Source: an uncultured Pseudomonadales bacterium (GTDB lineage: Bacteria; Patescibacteriota; Microgenomatia; UBA1400; PJMF01). From it: 64,000 nucleotides of DNA. The position numbers and the translations under genes were made by a program. This document shows, piece after piece, positions 31,147 through 40,768 of the stretch (positions within the stretch are counted from its first letter, which is position 1; the number at the start of each line of letters is the position of its first letter). The notes beneath the pieces are model-generated. The model made no database searches and had not been told where the DNA came from. It worked only from the letters and a program-made list of their open reading frames with translations. Location of the stretch: the NCBI GenBank assembly GCA_964570365.1, contig CAZMXT010000002.1, positions 57,752 to 121,751 of the forward strand. The letters are read 5' to 3'.

Positions 31147-32127
31147 CTACCGTAAATACTGCTGAACATTTGCATTATGCTCAGGAAGTGTTTCAGCAAA
31201 GTGAATTTGGCCTTTGGTATCATGGATATAGTAGAGGTAGTTGGAAGCACGAGGATTCATACTGGCCTTCAGTGCTTCTAGGCTCGGGTTGGCAATTGGG
31301 TGGGGTGGTAAGCCCATATACTTGTAGGTATTAAACGGGGAAGTGCTCTCTTTATCAGCGATTAAGGGCGGCGTCCACCAGGCTTGCTGGGCGGTGTCAT
31401 AGCCACGAATATACTGCAGTGTTGCATCTACATTCAATCCCATCCCAAGCTTAATCCTATTCCAGAGAATGCCGGCCACGGTTCTCATCTGGTCAGGATC
31501 GCTGGCTTCTCGTTCCACGATAGAAGCAATGGTTACAATGTCTTCCAAAGATCTGCCAGACGCGTCAATCTCAGCTGCTAAATCTTCTTCAACTTTCTCT
31601 GCAAAAGTATTTCTAAATAACTGGAAAAATGTTTTTGCTGTGGCTGACTTCTGAATTAGATAGGTGTCTGGGAATAAGTAGCCTTCTTCTGGTTTAGCTA
31701 AAGCTAAGAACTCTGCTTGATCAAACTCTGAAAATTCTTGCCGCTCAATCATCTCGGCAATCTCTTCTACTCGCCACCCTTCTAAGACAGTAATCCAGAC
31801 ATCATTACTACCTTGGGTGAGTTTGTCGGCAATTTGCGCTGTAGACATGTTAGGGGAAATTTTAAAAGATCCAGCCTGAAGTTTATTAGACAGATTACTT
31901 CGCCAAGTCACAAAACGAAAAGCCAGAGGATGGCGAATCAGACCAGCATCGGTGAGACGTTGACCAATAGCTGTAACTGATTGACCCTTAGGAATTACGA
32001 AAGTGACAGCCTCTATTTTTCCTGGACTGACGGGTTGTAGCTGCTGGTACCCAGCAAAAACGCCTACTCCGGAAACAGCTAAACCCAGAAGGAGAAATAT
32101 GACTAAGAAGAGAATGCCTTTTTTCAC
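31147..32127 (-). CDS. mltG: endolytic murein transglycosylase MltG (YceG family)
   Basis: 326 aa, N-terminal TM, YceG-like sequence including the GLPPxPI motif. Confidence 0.8.
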   Translation of the reverse strand: MKKGILFLVIFLLLGLAVSGVGVFAGYQQLQPVSPGKIEAVTFVIPKGQSVTAIGQRLTDAGLIRHPLAFRFVTWRSNLSNKLQAGSFKISPNMSTAQIADKLTQGSNDVWITVLEGWRVEEIAEMIERQEFSEFDQAEFLALAKPEEGYLFPDTYLIQKSATAKTFFQLFRNTFAEKVEEDLAAEIDASGRSLEDIVTIASIVEREASDPDQMRTVAGILWNRIKLGMGLNVDATLQYIRGYDTAQQAWWTPPLIADKESTSPFNTYKYMGLPPHPIANPSLEALKASMNPRASNYLYYIHDTKGQIHFAETLPEHNANVQQYLR

Positions 32128-32139
32128 TCCCTGAGTATA

Positions 32140-32532
32140 TCATTTGGGATAGGCATCTAAGTACTCTTGCAAAAACTCAGCGGCCGCATATTGATCAATT
32201 GTGCCACGTCGTAAGTGCGTTTTCCCCCCTGCTCGGAGTTTCTGTGTTACTACGACCGAACTGAGTGTCTCATCGACAAACTCAAGTGGTAAAGCTACTT
32301 CTGCCTGGAGCTGTTGAACAAACTGGCGAGTTTGCTCAGCCATCGTATTTTCGGAGAGCCCAACTATGATCTGTTGAATAGACTCACGAGCAATCAAGTC
32401 TTTGAGTTCTGCGATGGTCCGAGCTGAGTTCTCTAGTATCCCCAATGGCTCTGCCAAGATCCCTCGAGAAATTGCCAAACCAATTCGCTTCGTCCCAAAA
32501 TCTATGGAAAGGGTGGTTGGAGGAAATGACAT
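32140..32532 (-). CDS. ruvX: RuvX/YqgF Holliday-junction-resolvase-like pre-16S rRNA nuclease
   Basis: ORF to 32610 but the conserved N-terminus LSIDFGTKRIGLA follows the internal Met at 32532. Confidence 0.75.
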   Translation of the reverse strand: MSFPPTTLSIDFGTKRIGLAISRGILAEPLGILENSARTIAELKDLIARESIQQIIVGLSENTMAEQTRQFVQQLQAEVALPLEFVDETLSSVVVTQKLRAGGKTHLRRGTIDQYAAAEFLQEYLDAYPK

Positions 32533-32542
32533 AGAATGATTA

Positions 32543-33529
32543 CTATAATGGCTGTGTTTCCAACTCAGCCACGATGACTCCTCTACGTAAGTAGGTCCCT
32601 TCTGGGACACAGGTGATCAATTTTAACTGATTTACCTGATAATTTTGCTCCAAAATAAAAGTTTCATCAGGCTTAACTTCTCGTTTTTCCCTCACAATAT
32701 AGGTATATCGAACGTCATCATGGGTGACGTAAATTCTATCTCCAGGTTTTAAGATCATAATTTTACTGAAAATCGAGTTGTAGCGACGAGGATTTTTAAT
32801 GCTGGGGTTATAAAACTGCCGCAAGACAGAGTGACCAAAAATCACCGGCGAGCCTAGTTGACCTGGCATAGCTGTTCCAGGGTACTGAATCAAACTGTGA
32901 TCCAAGTTGGTGCCCCCAACTCGCACCTTGGCATTCTCCACATTTAAGGTGGGAATATCAACTCGATACTCAATTTGGCTAGTACTCGTCTCACTTTCTC
33001 CAAGCTCAGGTATAGAGCTTTCGGGGAACCAGTTTGAAAGATTACTATAGTCAAGTTGGTCGTTCAAAATTGTCGGTTCAATACTAGAAACTTCTCCAGC
33101 TGAAAAAGCTTCAGCCTGATCATTGCTCCCTTGCGCCTGTACCTGAGTGACTCCAGGAATTCTCGCCTCTAGGACTTGCTCTCGTGGAATTGGTGCCAAG
33201 AGATTAGTACTGGAGAGATCAGGAGAAGTAAAAACAAAGTACGATAAGATCGGCCAAGCTGCGTTCCCGACTAAGAAAATACCCAAACTCACAAAAATAA
33301 TAGGTAAAGAGTGTGCAAAAACCCTCGCTAGCAACGGACCTTTTTTTTTAATCTTTTGGAGGTGTTGACGATCATCCTTTTCTTCTAATTTCAGGGTAGT
33401 TTGAGAGCGCAGCAAAAAGGTATCAATTTTTTGTTGCACTGTATCTAAAGGGATGTTCCCTAAAACTGCCTGACGATAAAGACTAATGAGCTTGTCTTTT
33501 GAAATTGCTCTGGTACTTGGGGAAGGCAT
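32543..33529 (-). CDS. sortase family transpeptidase
   Basis: 328 aa; N-terminal TM, C-terminal catalytic region with LITCVP (TLxTC) motif and a conserved His upstream. Confidence 0.75.
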   Translation of the reverse strand: MPSPSTRAISKDKLISLYRQAVLGNIPLDTVQQKIDTFLLRSQTTLKLEEKDDRQHLQKIKKKGPLLARVFAHSLPIIFVSLGIFLVGNAAWPILSYFVFTSPDLSSTNLLAPIPREQVLEARIPGVTQVQAQGSNDQAEAFSAGEVSSIEPTILNDQLDYSNLSNWFPESSIPELGESETSTSQIEYRVDIPTLNVENAKVRVGGTNLDHSLIQYPGTAMPGQLGSPVIFGHSVLRQFYNPSIKNPRRYNSIFSKIMILKPGDRIYVTHDDVRYTYIVREKREVKPDETFILEQNYQVNQLKLITCVPEGTYLRRGVIVAELETQPL

Positions 33530-33547
33530 AAATTAGCACTATTATAA

Positions 33548-35785
33548 TTACTCAGTAATCGTAATGGTAATTTTTTCGAGTTGCTTTGGTACTGATTGGG
33601 TGATTAAGGCAAAGAACTTTGGCCAACGGCTCACCTGAACTGACTCTATCTGAGGCTTTCCTTGCAAAGTCGCGACTGCCACTTTTTCTGCTTGGCCTGC
33701 TACTTCTTTTTTCCAGTCTTCCACTTGAACTACCGGTTGGACAACTGAGGAGAGATTTACATTTAAAGTCACTTGCGCAGAAGTGGTGGAGCTATTTGCT
33801 GGTGCAGATAAAATCTGCGGGTCTTTCTCGATCAACTTATAATTTGCTGGCGCCTGAGCTGACAAGATAGCGACTGCCAACGGCTTCAAATCTTCAGGCG
33901 AGTACGAGAGCGCCTCAGCTTCCATTTTTAGAGAAAGATCAAAGGTATTTGTTTCTTTGCCTACTTCTGCATTGTACTTGGTTTCCAAAACTTTTACTCG
34001 GTTCGTGGGAACAATAAAACGACCTTCAGCTGCTTGAGCATTCAGCTCAGTTGCAGCCTGATCACTGAGCTCTTTTCGCAGCGTAGCGAGTAAACTATCT
34101 CGGTCCTTTTGAGAAACCGCTCGGATTTCTCGACTGGTGCCGCCAGCTAACTGAGCATTCGTTCGAGCAACGTAGGTCTCCAGAGAGAAACTCTCGATTG
34201 TCAGCTCTGTTTGTGCCGGGATATTAGACGTATCACCGATCTCTGCTGCGGTAACCCCTGCTTCGCTAGTGCCTGGCTTGGTTTCGAAGTTTGTCCCAGT
34301 ACTTGCAGAGGCAACAGTGACTGATTCATCGAGGGTAAACTTCAGCGTCTTACTTGCCAATACAGTTCCTGCCGAAAAAGATTTAGCGCTGGAGGTTCGA
34401 TTAAATATCGTAATCTTTCCCTTTGCCTTATCTCCAATGATCTTTTTTCCAGTGGAATCAGCCGTCTTTTGACCTGAAACTTCTTTTTTCACCACATCGG
34501 CTTTTAAGACTCTTTTCTCTACATCACTACTGACCGCCTGAGAGTCTAAAATTAATTGAATTTCTTGACTGACTGGCTGAGTGCGAAGGCGAACTATAAA
34601 GTTGGCAGAGATCATGTTCCTGGCAGCAACGGTAGAAAAAAGAGCCAGTAGAGCGAGCCCAGTGATCACACCGATGATGACGAGCAGGATTGGTCGACGA
34701 TGAAAGAGATGCAACCTTCCATGACTAGGGACAGCGTCTTCGTAGGCATCTACATCTAGTTCTGCAGCAGTGGTAGCGTCGTGGGAATGAATAGAGTCTA
34801 ATGATACAGGAATCCCAAAAGTGGATGCCTGCGTATTGTGTGAGACAACAACATCTGGAACAGCAGTTGCTTCTTTCCTTTCAACTCTCTTGAAGTTATC
34901 TGGCACAGCTGTTCCCAGTCTTCCTGGTTCAGAGACTTCGTCCTCAATTTTGGAGTCATTCGCAACTGACAATTCTGCTTCGCCAAGCTCCCCATCCTCG
35001 GGAGAGGTAGTCTCAGCGATCAAATGATGAGCCTGAGCAACCGCTTTTCCACCAGTCTCCACCATCACCTCCAAAAACTTTTCAGGTGGATAGACCTCTA
35101 CTATGGGTGGGTGCATAAAAGGATGATGCTTCGCCCATTCGTAACCAAGGAGTTGTTGCTGAGTCGCCACTACTTCTTCGGCAGATAGAGTGCTGGAGAA
35201 GAGCAGAAACTTGGTTGGAAATACTTTTTCGGTAAAGTGAGCAAATGCCTCCGTTAAATCTGAGACGCCATCACCAGACCGACCAACTTGCTCAGTTTGC
35301 AAAATCTGCCCACTTTTGACTAAAGAAGCAAAAACTGCATGAGCAGTCAACTCAATTAGGAAAAAATGCTGCTGCGGTTCTGAGTTGTGAGCTAAGTACT
35401 GAACTAAGGCTTCAGAGGTCACCACAAAGCCAATTGCTTCTAACGATAATTCTTTAACGAGTTTTTGGAAAAGTGGTTTACGAATCTGCTGAATTCCTTC
35501 TTTGTCTACCCATTCAGGGTTCAGGGCAAAGAGTGCTTGCTTCACATTTTCTGACTCTTTCCCTAGTTCCTGCAAACTCAGATCAACCGCCTCTACGCAT
35601 TGCTCGTCAGTTTGCCATTGATGGGGTGAGGATTGAGTGACAACTTTTACTGCTCCATTGAGCACCTGCCACAAAACGGCTTGAACCTGACCATCTGCTA
35701 AGTGAATCGCAAAAAATAATGGGGTAGGAGTTTCTTCCTGATTTGATAACAACTGAGGGAGCTTCATGATCATAGGTCCTATCAT
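33548..35785 (-). CDS. membrane-anchored protein: N-terminal FtsA/PilM-like (degenerate) actin-fold domain, one TM helix, ~360-aa extracytoplasmic region
   Basis: N-terminal FFAIHLADGQVQAV resembles phosphate-1, FFLIELTAHAVFASL replaces DxGGGTT, and ETGGKAV resembles the adenosine motif; the TM helix begins LLVIIGVITGLALLALF. Confidence 0.45.
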   Translation of the reverse strand: MIGPMIMKLPQLLSNQEETPTPLFFAIHLADGQVQAVLWQVLNGAVKVVTQSSPHQWQTDEQCVEAVDLSLQELGKESENVKQALFALNPEWVDKEGIQQIRKPLFQKLVKELSLEAIGFVVTSEALVQYLAHNSEPQQHFFLIELTAHAVFASLVKSGQILQTEQVGRSGDGVSDLTEAFAHFTEKVFPTKFLLFSSTLSAEEVVATQQQLLGYEWAKHHPFMHPPIVEVYPPEKFLEVMVETGGKAVAQAHHLIAETTSPEDGELGEAELSVANDSKIEDEVSEPGRLGTAVPDNFKRVERKEATAVPDVVVSHNTQASTFGIPVSLDSIHSHDATTAAELDVDAYEDAVPSHGRLHLFHRRPILLVIIGVITGLALLALFSTVAARNMISANFIVRLRTQPVSQEIQLILDSQAVSSDVEKRVLKADVVKKEVSGQKTADSTGKKIIGDKAKGKITIFNRTSSAKSFSAGTVLASKTLKFTLDESVTVASASTGTNFETKPGTSEAGVTAAEIGDTSNIPAQTELTIESFSLETYVARTNAQLAGGTSREIRAVSQKDRDSLLATLRKELSDQAATELNAQAAEGRFIVPTNRVKVLETKYNAEVGKETNTFDLSLKMEAEALSYSPEDLKPLAVAILSAQAPANYKLIEKDPQILSAPANSSTTSAQVTLNVNLSSVVQPVVQVEDWKKEVAGQAEKVAVATLQGKPQIESVQVSRWPKFFALITQSVPKQLEKITITITE

Positions 35786-35830
35786 TAAAACAAAATTCTG
35801 AGGCTTTGGAAAGGGATACCGACAGATTGC

Positions 35831-37708
35831 TTACTGGAACTGGATGTAAATGCGCCGAATTCCGGCAGAAGCAGATTGCTCTTTGAGGATCCGAACAGGG
35901 CCAATCTGGCCAGTTGAAGACACATGAGGGCCACCGCAGAACTCTTTAGAAATCCAGTCCGACTCAACATCTTTGCCAATGGTATAGACAGTGACTTGAT
36001 CAGGGTATTTTTCAATAAAGAAGGCAATTGCGCCTGATTTCAGCGCGTCAGTTTTCTTCATTTTTTGTAATGTGACCGGCAAATCAGCCTTGATCCACTC
36101 ATTCATCTGGGCAGAAACGTGCTCTATTTCTGTCGGTGTTAAAGCCTGGGGATGAGAAAAGTCAAAGCGTAGCCGCTCAACTGTAATGTTGGAGCCTTTT
36201 TGCTGCACATGAGTACCTAAGATCTTCCTGAGTGCTGCATGGAGTAAGTGAGTGGCAGTATGGAACTTGGTGGTGACTTCTGAGTGTTCCTCTAACCCAC
36301 CTTTAAATTTGCCCGCAGAAGCAGTTCTCGATTTTTCTTTATGAAGATTAAAAGCTTTCGCAAAGGCTTCTGTATCGACGTGTTGACCTCTCTCAACAGC
36401 AATTTCTTTAGTTAGCTCTAACGGAAAGCCGTAGGTTTCATATAACTGAAAAGCAATTTCTCCTGTGAGTTCTGGAAAATGCTCTATCTCTCGCAAGCCT
36501 TTATCTAGAGTTTTGTTAAACTTTTCCTCTTCATCTCCCAAGACTTTCTTAATTTGGTCAGCCTGAATTTGTACTTCTGGATAAGCATCTCCGTATAAAG
36601 TAATCACTTCCTGCGCCATTTGGCTGACAAAAGCTTGCCTAATCCCAATCATCCGACCATAGCGAACAGCCCTCCGAATAAGGCGTCGCGCTACATACCC
36701 TTGCTCTTTATTGGAAGGATAGACGCCATCAGCCGCTAGCATCGTTGCAGCTCGCAAGTGATCACTGATAACTCGAAATGAGCGCTGCGTGTTGAGATCT
36801 TCTGGACTGTATTTTTTGCCGCTGACTGCTTCAATCTTGGCAATCAAAGGTTGAAAAAGGGCGGTAGTAAATATGTCTGGATCGTTATTCAACGCAGCCA
36901 AAATGCGTTCAAACCCACCACCAAAGTCAATATTCTTTTGCTTGAGGAGCTCAAAACCTTTCTCTGTACGAATATAGGTCATGAAGACATTATTGCCGAT
37001 CTCTAAAAAGCGACCACAATCACAGTTCACATGACACTGCTGAGTGCTAAAAACTGAGTTCTCGTGTAGCTGCAGCTCATCACCAAAGTCATAAAATACT
37101 TCACTATCTGGACCACCTAGCTCACCCACTGGCATATTCTTAGGAGCGCCCACACGTGACCACCAGTTTTTATTTTCGTTATAGTAGAAAATTCGGCCTG
37201 CTTGCAGGCCTTCCTGCTCAGAAAAATCGATATCTTTCGCCTCAATTCCCACGGTTTCGAATAAGCGTTTCCAGATCTTCACCGCTTCAGTATCACGAGG
37301 AATATTGAGGTCAGGCTGACCTCGGAATACCGTCACATATAAATTTTCAGGATTCAGACCTACTTCTTTGGTTAAAAACTGAAAAAACCACTCCAGCTGC
37401 TCTTGCTTAAAATAATCACCCAGTGACCAGTTCCCCAACATTTCAAAAAAGGTAGTATGTCGATTATCACCCACTTCTTCGATGTCCTGAGAACGAAAGC
37501 ATTTTTGAGAGTCTACTAAGCGGATACCTTTAGGATGAGCTGCCCCGAGTAAATACGGCATCATCGGCTGCATACCAGAGCCGGTGAAAAGTGTGGTTGG
37601 ATCATTTTCTGGAGTCATGGGCGCTGACGGCAAGATAGCATGACCATGTTCTGCAAAAAAATTCAGGTACTTTTGGCGTAATTGAGCGGGAGAAAACGGT
37701 AAAGACAT
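35831..37708 (-). CDS. alaS: alanine--tRNA ligase, short form (625 aa) lacking the C-terminal C-Ala domain
   Basis: Class II catalytic core plus editing domain with the HxxxH...CGG zinc motif region. Confidence 0.85.
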   Translation of the reverse strand: MSLPFSPAQLRQKYLNFFAEHGHAILPSAPMTPENDPTTLFTGSGMQPMMPYLLGAAHPKGIRLVDSQKCFRSQDIEEVGDNRHTTFFEMLGNWSLGDYFKQEQLEWFFQFLTKEVGLNPENLYVTVFRGQPDLNIPRDTEAVKIWKRLFETVGIEAKDIDFSEQEGLQAGRIFYYNENKNWWSRVGAPKNMPVGELGGPDSEVFYDFGDELQLHENSVFSTQQCHVNCDCGRFLEIGNNVFMTYIRTEKGFELLKQKNIDFGGGFERILAALNNDPDIFTTALFQPLIAKIEAVSGKKYSPEDLNTQRSFRVISDHLRAATMLAADGVYPSNKEQGYVARRLIRRAVRYGRMIGIRQAFVSQMAQEVITLYGDAYPEVQIQADQIKKVLGDEEEKFNKTLDKGLREIEHFPELTGEIAFQLYETYGFPLELTKEIAVERGQHVDTEAFAKAFNLHKEKSRTASAGKFKGGLEEHSEVTTKFHTATHLLHAALRKILGTHVQQKGSNITVERLRFDFSHPQALTPTEIEHVSAQMNEWIKADLPVTLQKMKKTDALKSGAIAFFIEKYPDQVTVYTIGKDVESDWISKEFCGGPHVSSTGQIGPVRILKEQSASAGIRRIYIQFQ

Positions 37709-37732
37709 GAAAGCAATTATACCAGTAAAAGG

Positions 37733-38095
37733 TTAAACACCTTTAAAGCGGTTTCCACCAAACTTCTTCACTTTACTAGATGGGCGAGACAGCTTTTTGC
37801 CTTTTGCGGTAGGATTCATGAGTGAGGTTGGAAGTGATGTGTTGAGGGTGTTAATAAAGAACTCATGTAAAAACTCACGCAACGATATCTTATTATTGAC
37901 GATTACACCTTCCTCTATCATATTAGCTTTTGCTTCTTCCCATTCTTTCGTCAATTTCTTGCGTAACTTTTCACCATTTTCTGTCGCAAATAAATAGTAA
38001 CCAGCTGCTCCAGCAAAAATACCTAAAGTAAAACCCACCATGAACGAACCTTGTTCTGCAGGGTTTTCAAGATTATTCAGATCAGAATTATTCAT
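37733..38095 (-). CDS. YtxH/DUF948-like small membrane protein
   Basis: 120 aa; G-rich TM (GFTLGIFAGAAGYY) then a charged helical region. Confidence 0.45.
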   Translation of the reverse strand: MNNSDLNNLENPAEQGSFMVGFTLGIFAGAAGYYLFATENGEKLRKKLTKEWEEAKANMIEEGVIVNNKISLREFLHEFFINTLNTSLPTSLMNPTAKGKKLSRPSSKVKKFGGNRFKGV

Positions 38096-38372
38096 CTTGT
38101 TGCTTTCCTCGGTTCAACCAGCGAGTAAAAGACTCAAATATCTTAAATCCTGCACTCAGACTCCCAGTCATTCCGACTAGGCTTTGAAGAGGAGAAGCAA
38201 TGGCGTTAATTTTACTCTCAGCCATATCAATAGTCATGTTAACTCGATCTAAAGTTTCGGTCAGCCTGCGGAGGACTTGCACGACGTAGACCCCTACTAC
38301 AACTAACGTGATCGTCAATAAACTGACAGCAATTGTTAATACGATTGGTAATATATTCATGAATACTTCCAT
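38088..38372 (-). CDS. DUF948-like small membrane protein
   Basis: 94 aa; N-terminal TM then coiled-coil region. Confidence 0.4.
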   Translation of the reverse strand: MEVFMNILPIVLTIAVSLLTITLVVVGVYVVQVLRRLTETLDRVNMTIDMAESKINAIASPLQSLVGMTGSLSAGFKIFESFTRWLNRGKQQDE

Positions 38373-38418
38373 ATGAACTCCTCAACAGTAACTATAACAC
38401 ATCAAATCCACGCAATCA

Positions 38419-39063
38419 TCAAAAGCGTACGTGAACTGAACGCTGAGTTTGATTTTTCTTACCCCGACGATCTGCCACTTCAACTGTGATCACATGAATG
38501 CCCTCACGAGGCAAGTAGACGTCAGTTTCAAATGTCCCATTAGGCAGAATGCTGACTGGTTGGGAGTTCACCATGACTTTGCCATCCGAAACTGTTTGAC
38601 CAGCTACTTTAATCTGAGGGGACACAAAAGCATTTTCCAGTGGCGACTCTACGATGAGTATGGGTGGTTTTTGCAGGTTATACCACTGTAAAACCAAGTA
38701 ACTCATCAAGGTAAAAAAAATTGCGCCTAAGGCCAAAACAGTCACTGTAATTGGCGTCCAAACTAGTCGGCGTTTTAAAACTGGCTTAATAAATTCTCGT
38801 GGAACGAGGGTACCGGAAGCGCTTTCTTTGTAATCTCGGCGCAGAATTCCTAGTAATGGAAGAGGGTCTAAGTTGAACAATCCAGCATAGGTCTTGATAA
38901 AACCTTTGACAAAAGTGGAAGCAGGTAACTCGGAAAACTCATTTCTTTCTAAAGCCTCCAGATATTCTGGCCGAATTCTAGTTCGCTGCGCCATCTCTTT
39001 GATTGAAAGATGATGTCGTAACCGCTCGTCTTGCAGAATTTCACCAATTGTTTTTGTTTTCAC
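38419..39063 (-). CDS. rodZ: RodZ-like protein (XRE HTH, one TM helix, C-terminal domain)
   Basis: 214 aa; N-terminal HTH (LSIKEMAQRTRIRPEYLEALE), central TM, C-terminal beta-rich domain. Confidence 0.55.
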   Translation of the reverse strand: MKTKTIGEILQDERLRHHLSIKEMAQRTRIRPEYLEALERNEFSELPASTFVKGFIKTYAGLFNLDPLPLLGILRRDYKESASGTLVPREFIKPVLKRRLVWTPITVTVLALGAIFFTLMSYLVLQWYNLQKPPILIVESPLENAFVSPQIKVAGQTVSDGKVMVNSQPVSILPNGTFETDVYLPREGIHVITVEVADRRGKKNQTQRSVHVRF

Positions 39064-39083
39064 AGTTCACTATACACTCAAAT

Positions 39084-39557
39084 TTAGGTGGTCATCAATT
39101 GCTTCACTGCTGCTGAAACACGACCACCATCAGCTCTGCCAGCTACTTTTGCCATCACAGCCCTCATTACTTCACCAAAGTTGGCACCTTCTGTACCTCG
39201 CTTTGCTTCTACGACCAACTTCATTAACTCTTCCTCACTCAGTTGCTGAGGAAGGTAGGCTTCGAGAATTGCAACTTTACTTGTTTCTTCAGAAACTAAA
39301 TCCTGGCGACCCGCTTTTTCAAAGTCAATCAAAGCGTCCTTCATTTTCTTGACTTCACTAGCAATCAACTTGAGCACACCAGCGTCATCCTGCTCACCAT
39401 TATCAATTTCCCAGTTTTTAATAATCGAGAGTAGGAAACGAATTGTATTCAAGCGCAACGAGTCTCTGGCTCGCATTGCATTTTTCATATCTTCGGTAAG
39501 TTGGTTTTTAAGAGGTGACATGGGACTCCTTACTAGTGATTGTAACATGTCCAGCAT
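39084..39557 (-). CDS. yqeY: GatB/YqeY domain protein
   Basis: 157 aa, YqeY-like helical sequence. Confidence 0.7.
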   Translation of the reverse strand: MLDMLQSLVRSPMSPLKNQLTEDMKNAMRARDSLRLNTIRFLLSIIKNWEIDNGEQDDAGVLKLIASEVKKMKDALIDFEKAGRQDLVSEETSKVAILEAYLPQQLSEEELMKLVVEAKRGTEGANFGEVMRAVMAKVAGRADGGRVSAAVKQLMTT

Positions 39558-39571
39558 GGTATATTTCTCAA

Positions 39572-40159
39572 GCTATGCCCGCACTTCGTCACTATCAGCG
39601 TTTTTGGCACTCTCCGGTGGTGTGGGTATTTGTTTTAGTGGTGATTGGAGGTATTTTCTCCCAGGTTAGACCATCGCTAATCCCGTCTCCCAGCTCAACA
39701 CTGCAAAATGTATCACCTTCAACTACTACTCCAGGTACTCCTAAGCTTCATCCCAGCTGCCAGGATGACAAGGACGTCAGTAAAGTACTGGGTTCTGCCT
39801 TCATGCTGCTCAGAGAAAACTATATCCCTGAGACTAAGCAGCTTGAGTGTTCATATCAGGCTGAAATACCTCTGCGAGGGGTATCACCATCAATTAGATA
39901 TCTTTGGAGGGAAGACTACACACCGGAAGAATGGAACAGTTTGCTCTCAGAACTGCAGCAGCAACTTGGCTTTCAGAGGCTGAGCGATCAAGAGAACTTA
40001 GTGGCGGTCCATAATCTTGTTCCAGAAGTAGCCCAAACTACTCTGTTCCACTATGCTGACCAAAAATTACTTGAAGTAAGATATACGCCAGTGGATGCAA
40101 GTCAAGCGCAGTTAGTAAGTGGTGCCACGCAATTGCTTACACTAATTGAGCAGCCATAA
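39572..40159 (+). CDS. hypothetical secreted/membrane-anchored protein
   Basis: ORF 39515..40159 overlaps the yqeY start; the likely start is MPALRHY at ~39572. N-terminal hydrophobic segment, then a Ser/Thr/Pro linker. Confidence 0.45.
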   Translation, partial: AMPALRHYQRFWHSPVVWVFVLVVIGGIFSQVRPSLIPSPSSTLQNVSPSTTTPGTPKLHPSCQDDKDVSKVLGSAFMLLRENYIPETKQLECSYQAEIPLRGVSPSIRYLWREDYTPEEWNSLLSELQQQLGFQRLSDQENLVAVHNLVPEVAQTTLFHYADQKLLEVRYTPVDASQAQLVSGATQLLTLIEQP

Positions 40160-40340
40160 AAATTCGTTATACTATCAATTAATGAAAACATCACGCACCT
40201 CTGTAAAAGTACTACTCGCCGGGGCACTCATTGCCTTTGTGACTCTATTGGCAGCAACGATTGCCGTCCTTTCTTCTAAACCATTACCTCCTGATGACCC
40301 CTTAATCGAAGGTGCGCAAGTTGTACCTATCACACAATAA
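40146..40340 (+). CDS. small membrane protein (64 aa)
   Basis: Single TM helix ALIAFVTLLAATIAVL. Confidence 0.3.
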   Translation: MSSHKNSLYYQLMKTSRTSVKVLLAGALIAFVTLLAATIAVLSSKPLPPDDPLIEGAQVVPITQ

Positions 40341-40348
40341 AAGGACGT

Positions 40349-40654
40349 ATGGCACCGGTGAAGTACAAAAAATACTTTCAAGATATGTCTGATCAGTACG
40401 AGCTACTCTTCAGTAACTTCCAACCGATTCATGATGGGTACAAACAAGACCGTAAAAAATGGAGTCAACAATTTCATCAAGAAGGTCAAAAAGTAGTAGA
40501 GGTTGTCCAAGACTGGGAGCATCGACTCTGTGCTGGCATGGAGCGTGGTAACAATGCTGTTTTCTCCTCAAAACTTTCAGAAAAATTTTGGGCTGAAGTA
40601 AAAGGCCGCTTCTCACATATTGAATTAGTCGGCGCCAAGTCGAACTTAGACTGA
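40349..40654 (+). CDS. hypothetical protein (101 aa)
   Basis: Clean ORF upstream of zur; no recognised family. Confidence 0.4.
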   Translation: MAPVKYKKYFQDMSDQYELLFSNFQPIHDGYKQDRKKWSQQFHQEGQKVVEVVQDWEHRLCAGMERGNNAVFSSKLSEKFWAEVKGRFSHIELVGAKSNLD

Positions 40655-40662
40655 TTTTTTTA

Positions 40663-40683
40663 TAGTAACTTTCATTAAGTTAT
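40663..40683 (+). promoter_or_regulatory. AT-rich inverted repeat TAACTT-n5-AAGTTA upstream of zur; candidate Zur operator
   Basis: Seen directly ~85 nt upstream of the zur ATG; Fur-family boxes are AT-rich palindromes. Confidence 0.25.
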
Positions 40684-40768
40684 TTTTTCCAAAATTCTAT
40701 CGCAGAAATACGTCTAAATGAAACCCAGTTGCAAAAAGAAACTTTCTCCTTTATGATTCACAAATAAT

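Noticed and set aside
39515-39571. Upstream part of ORF 39515..40159 overlapping the yqeY start on the opposite strand
   Set aside because: It is probably ORF over-extension; the internal Met at ~39572, followed by a hydrophobic signal-like segment, is the more plausible start.
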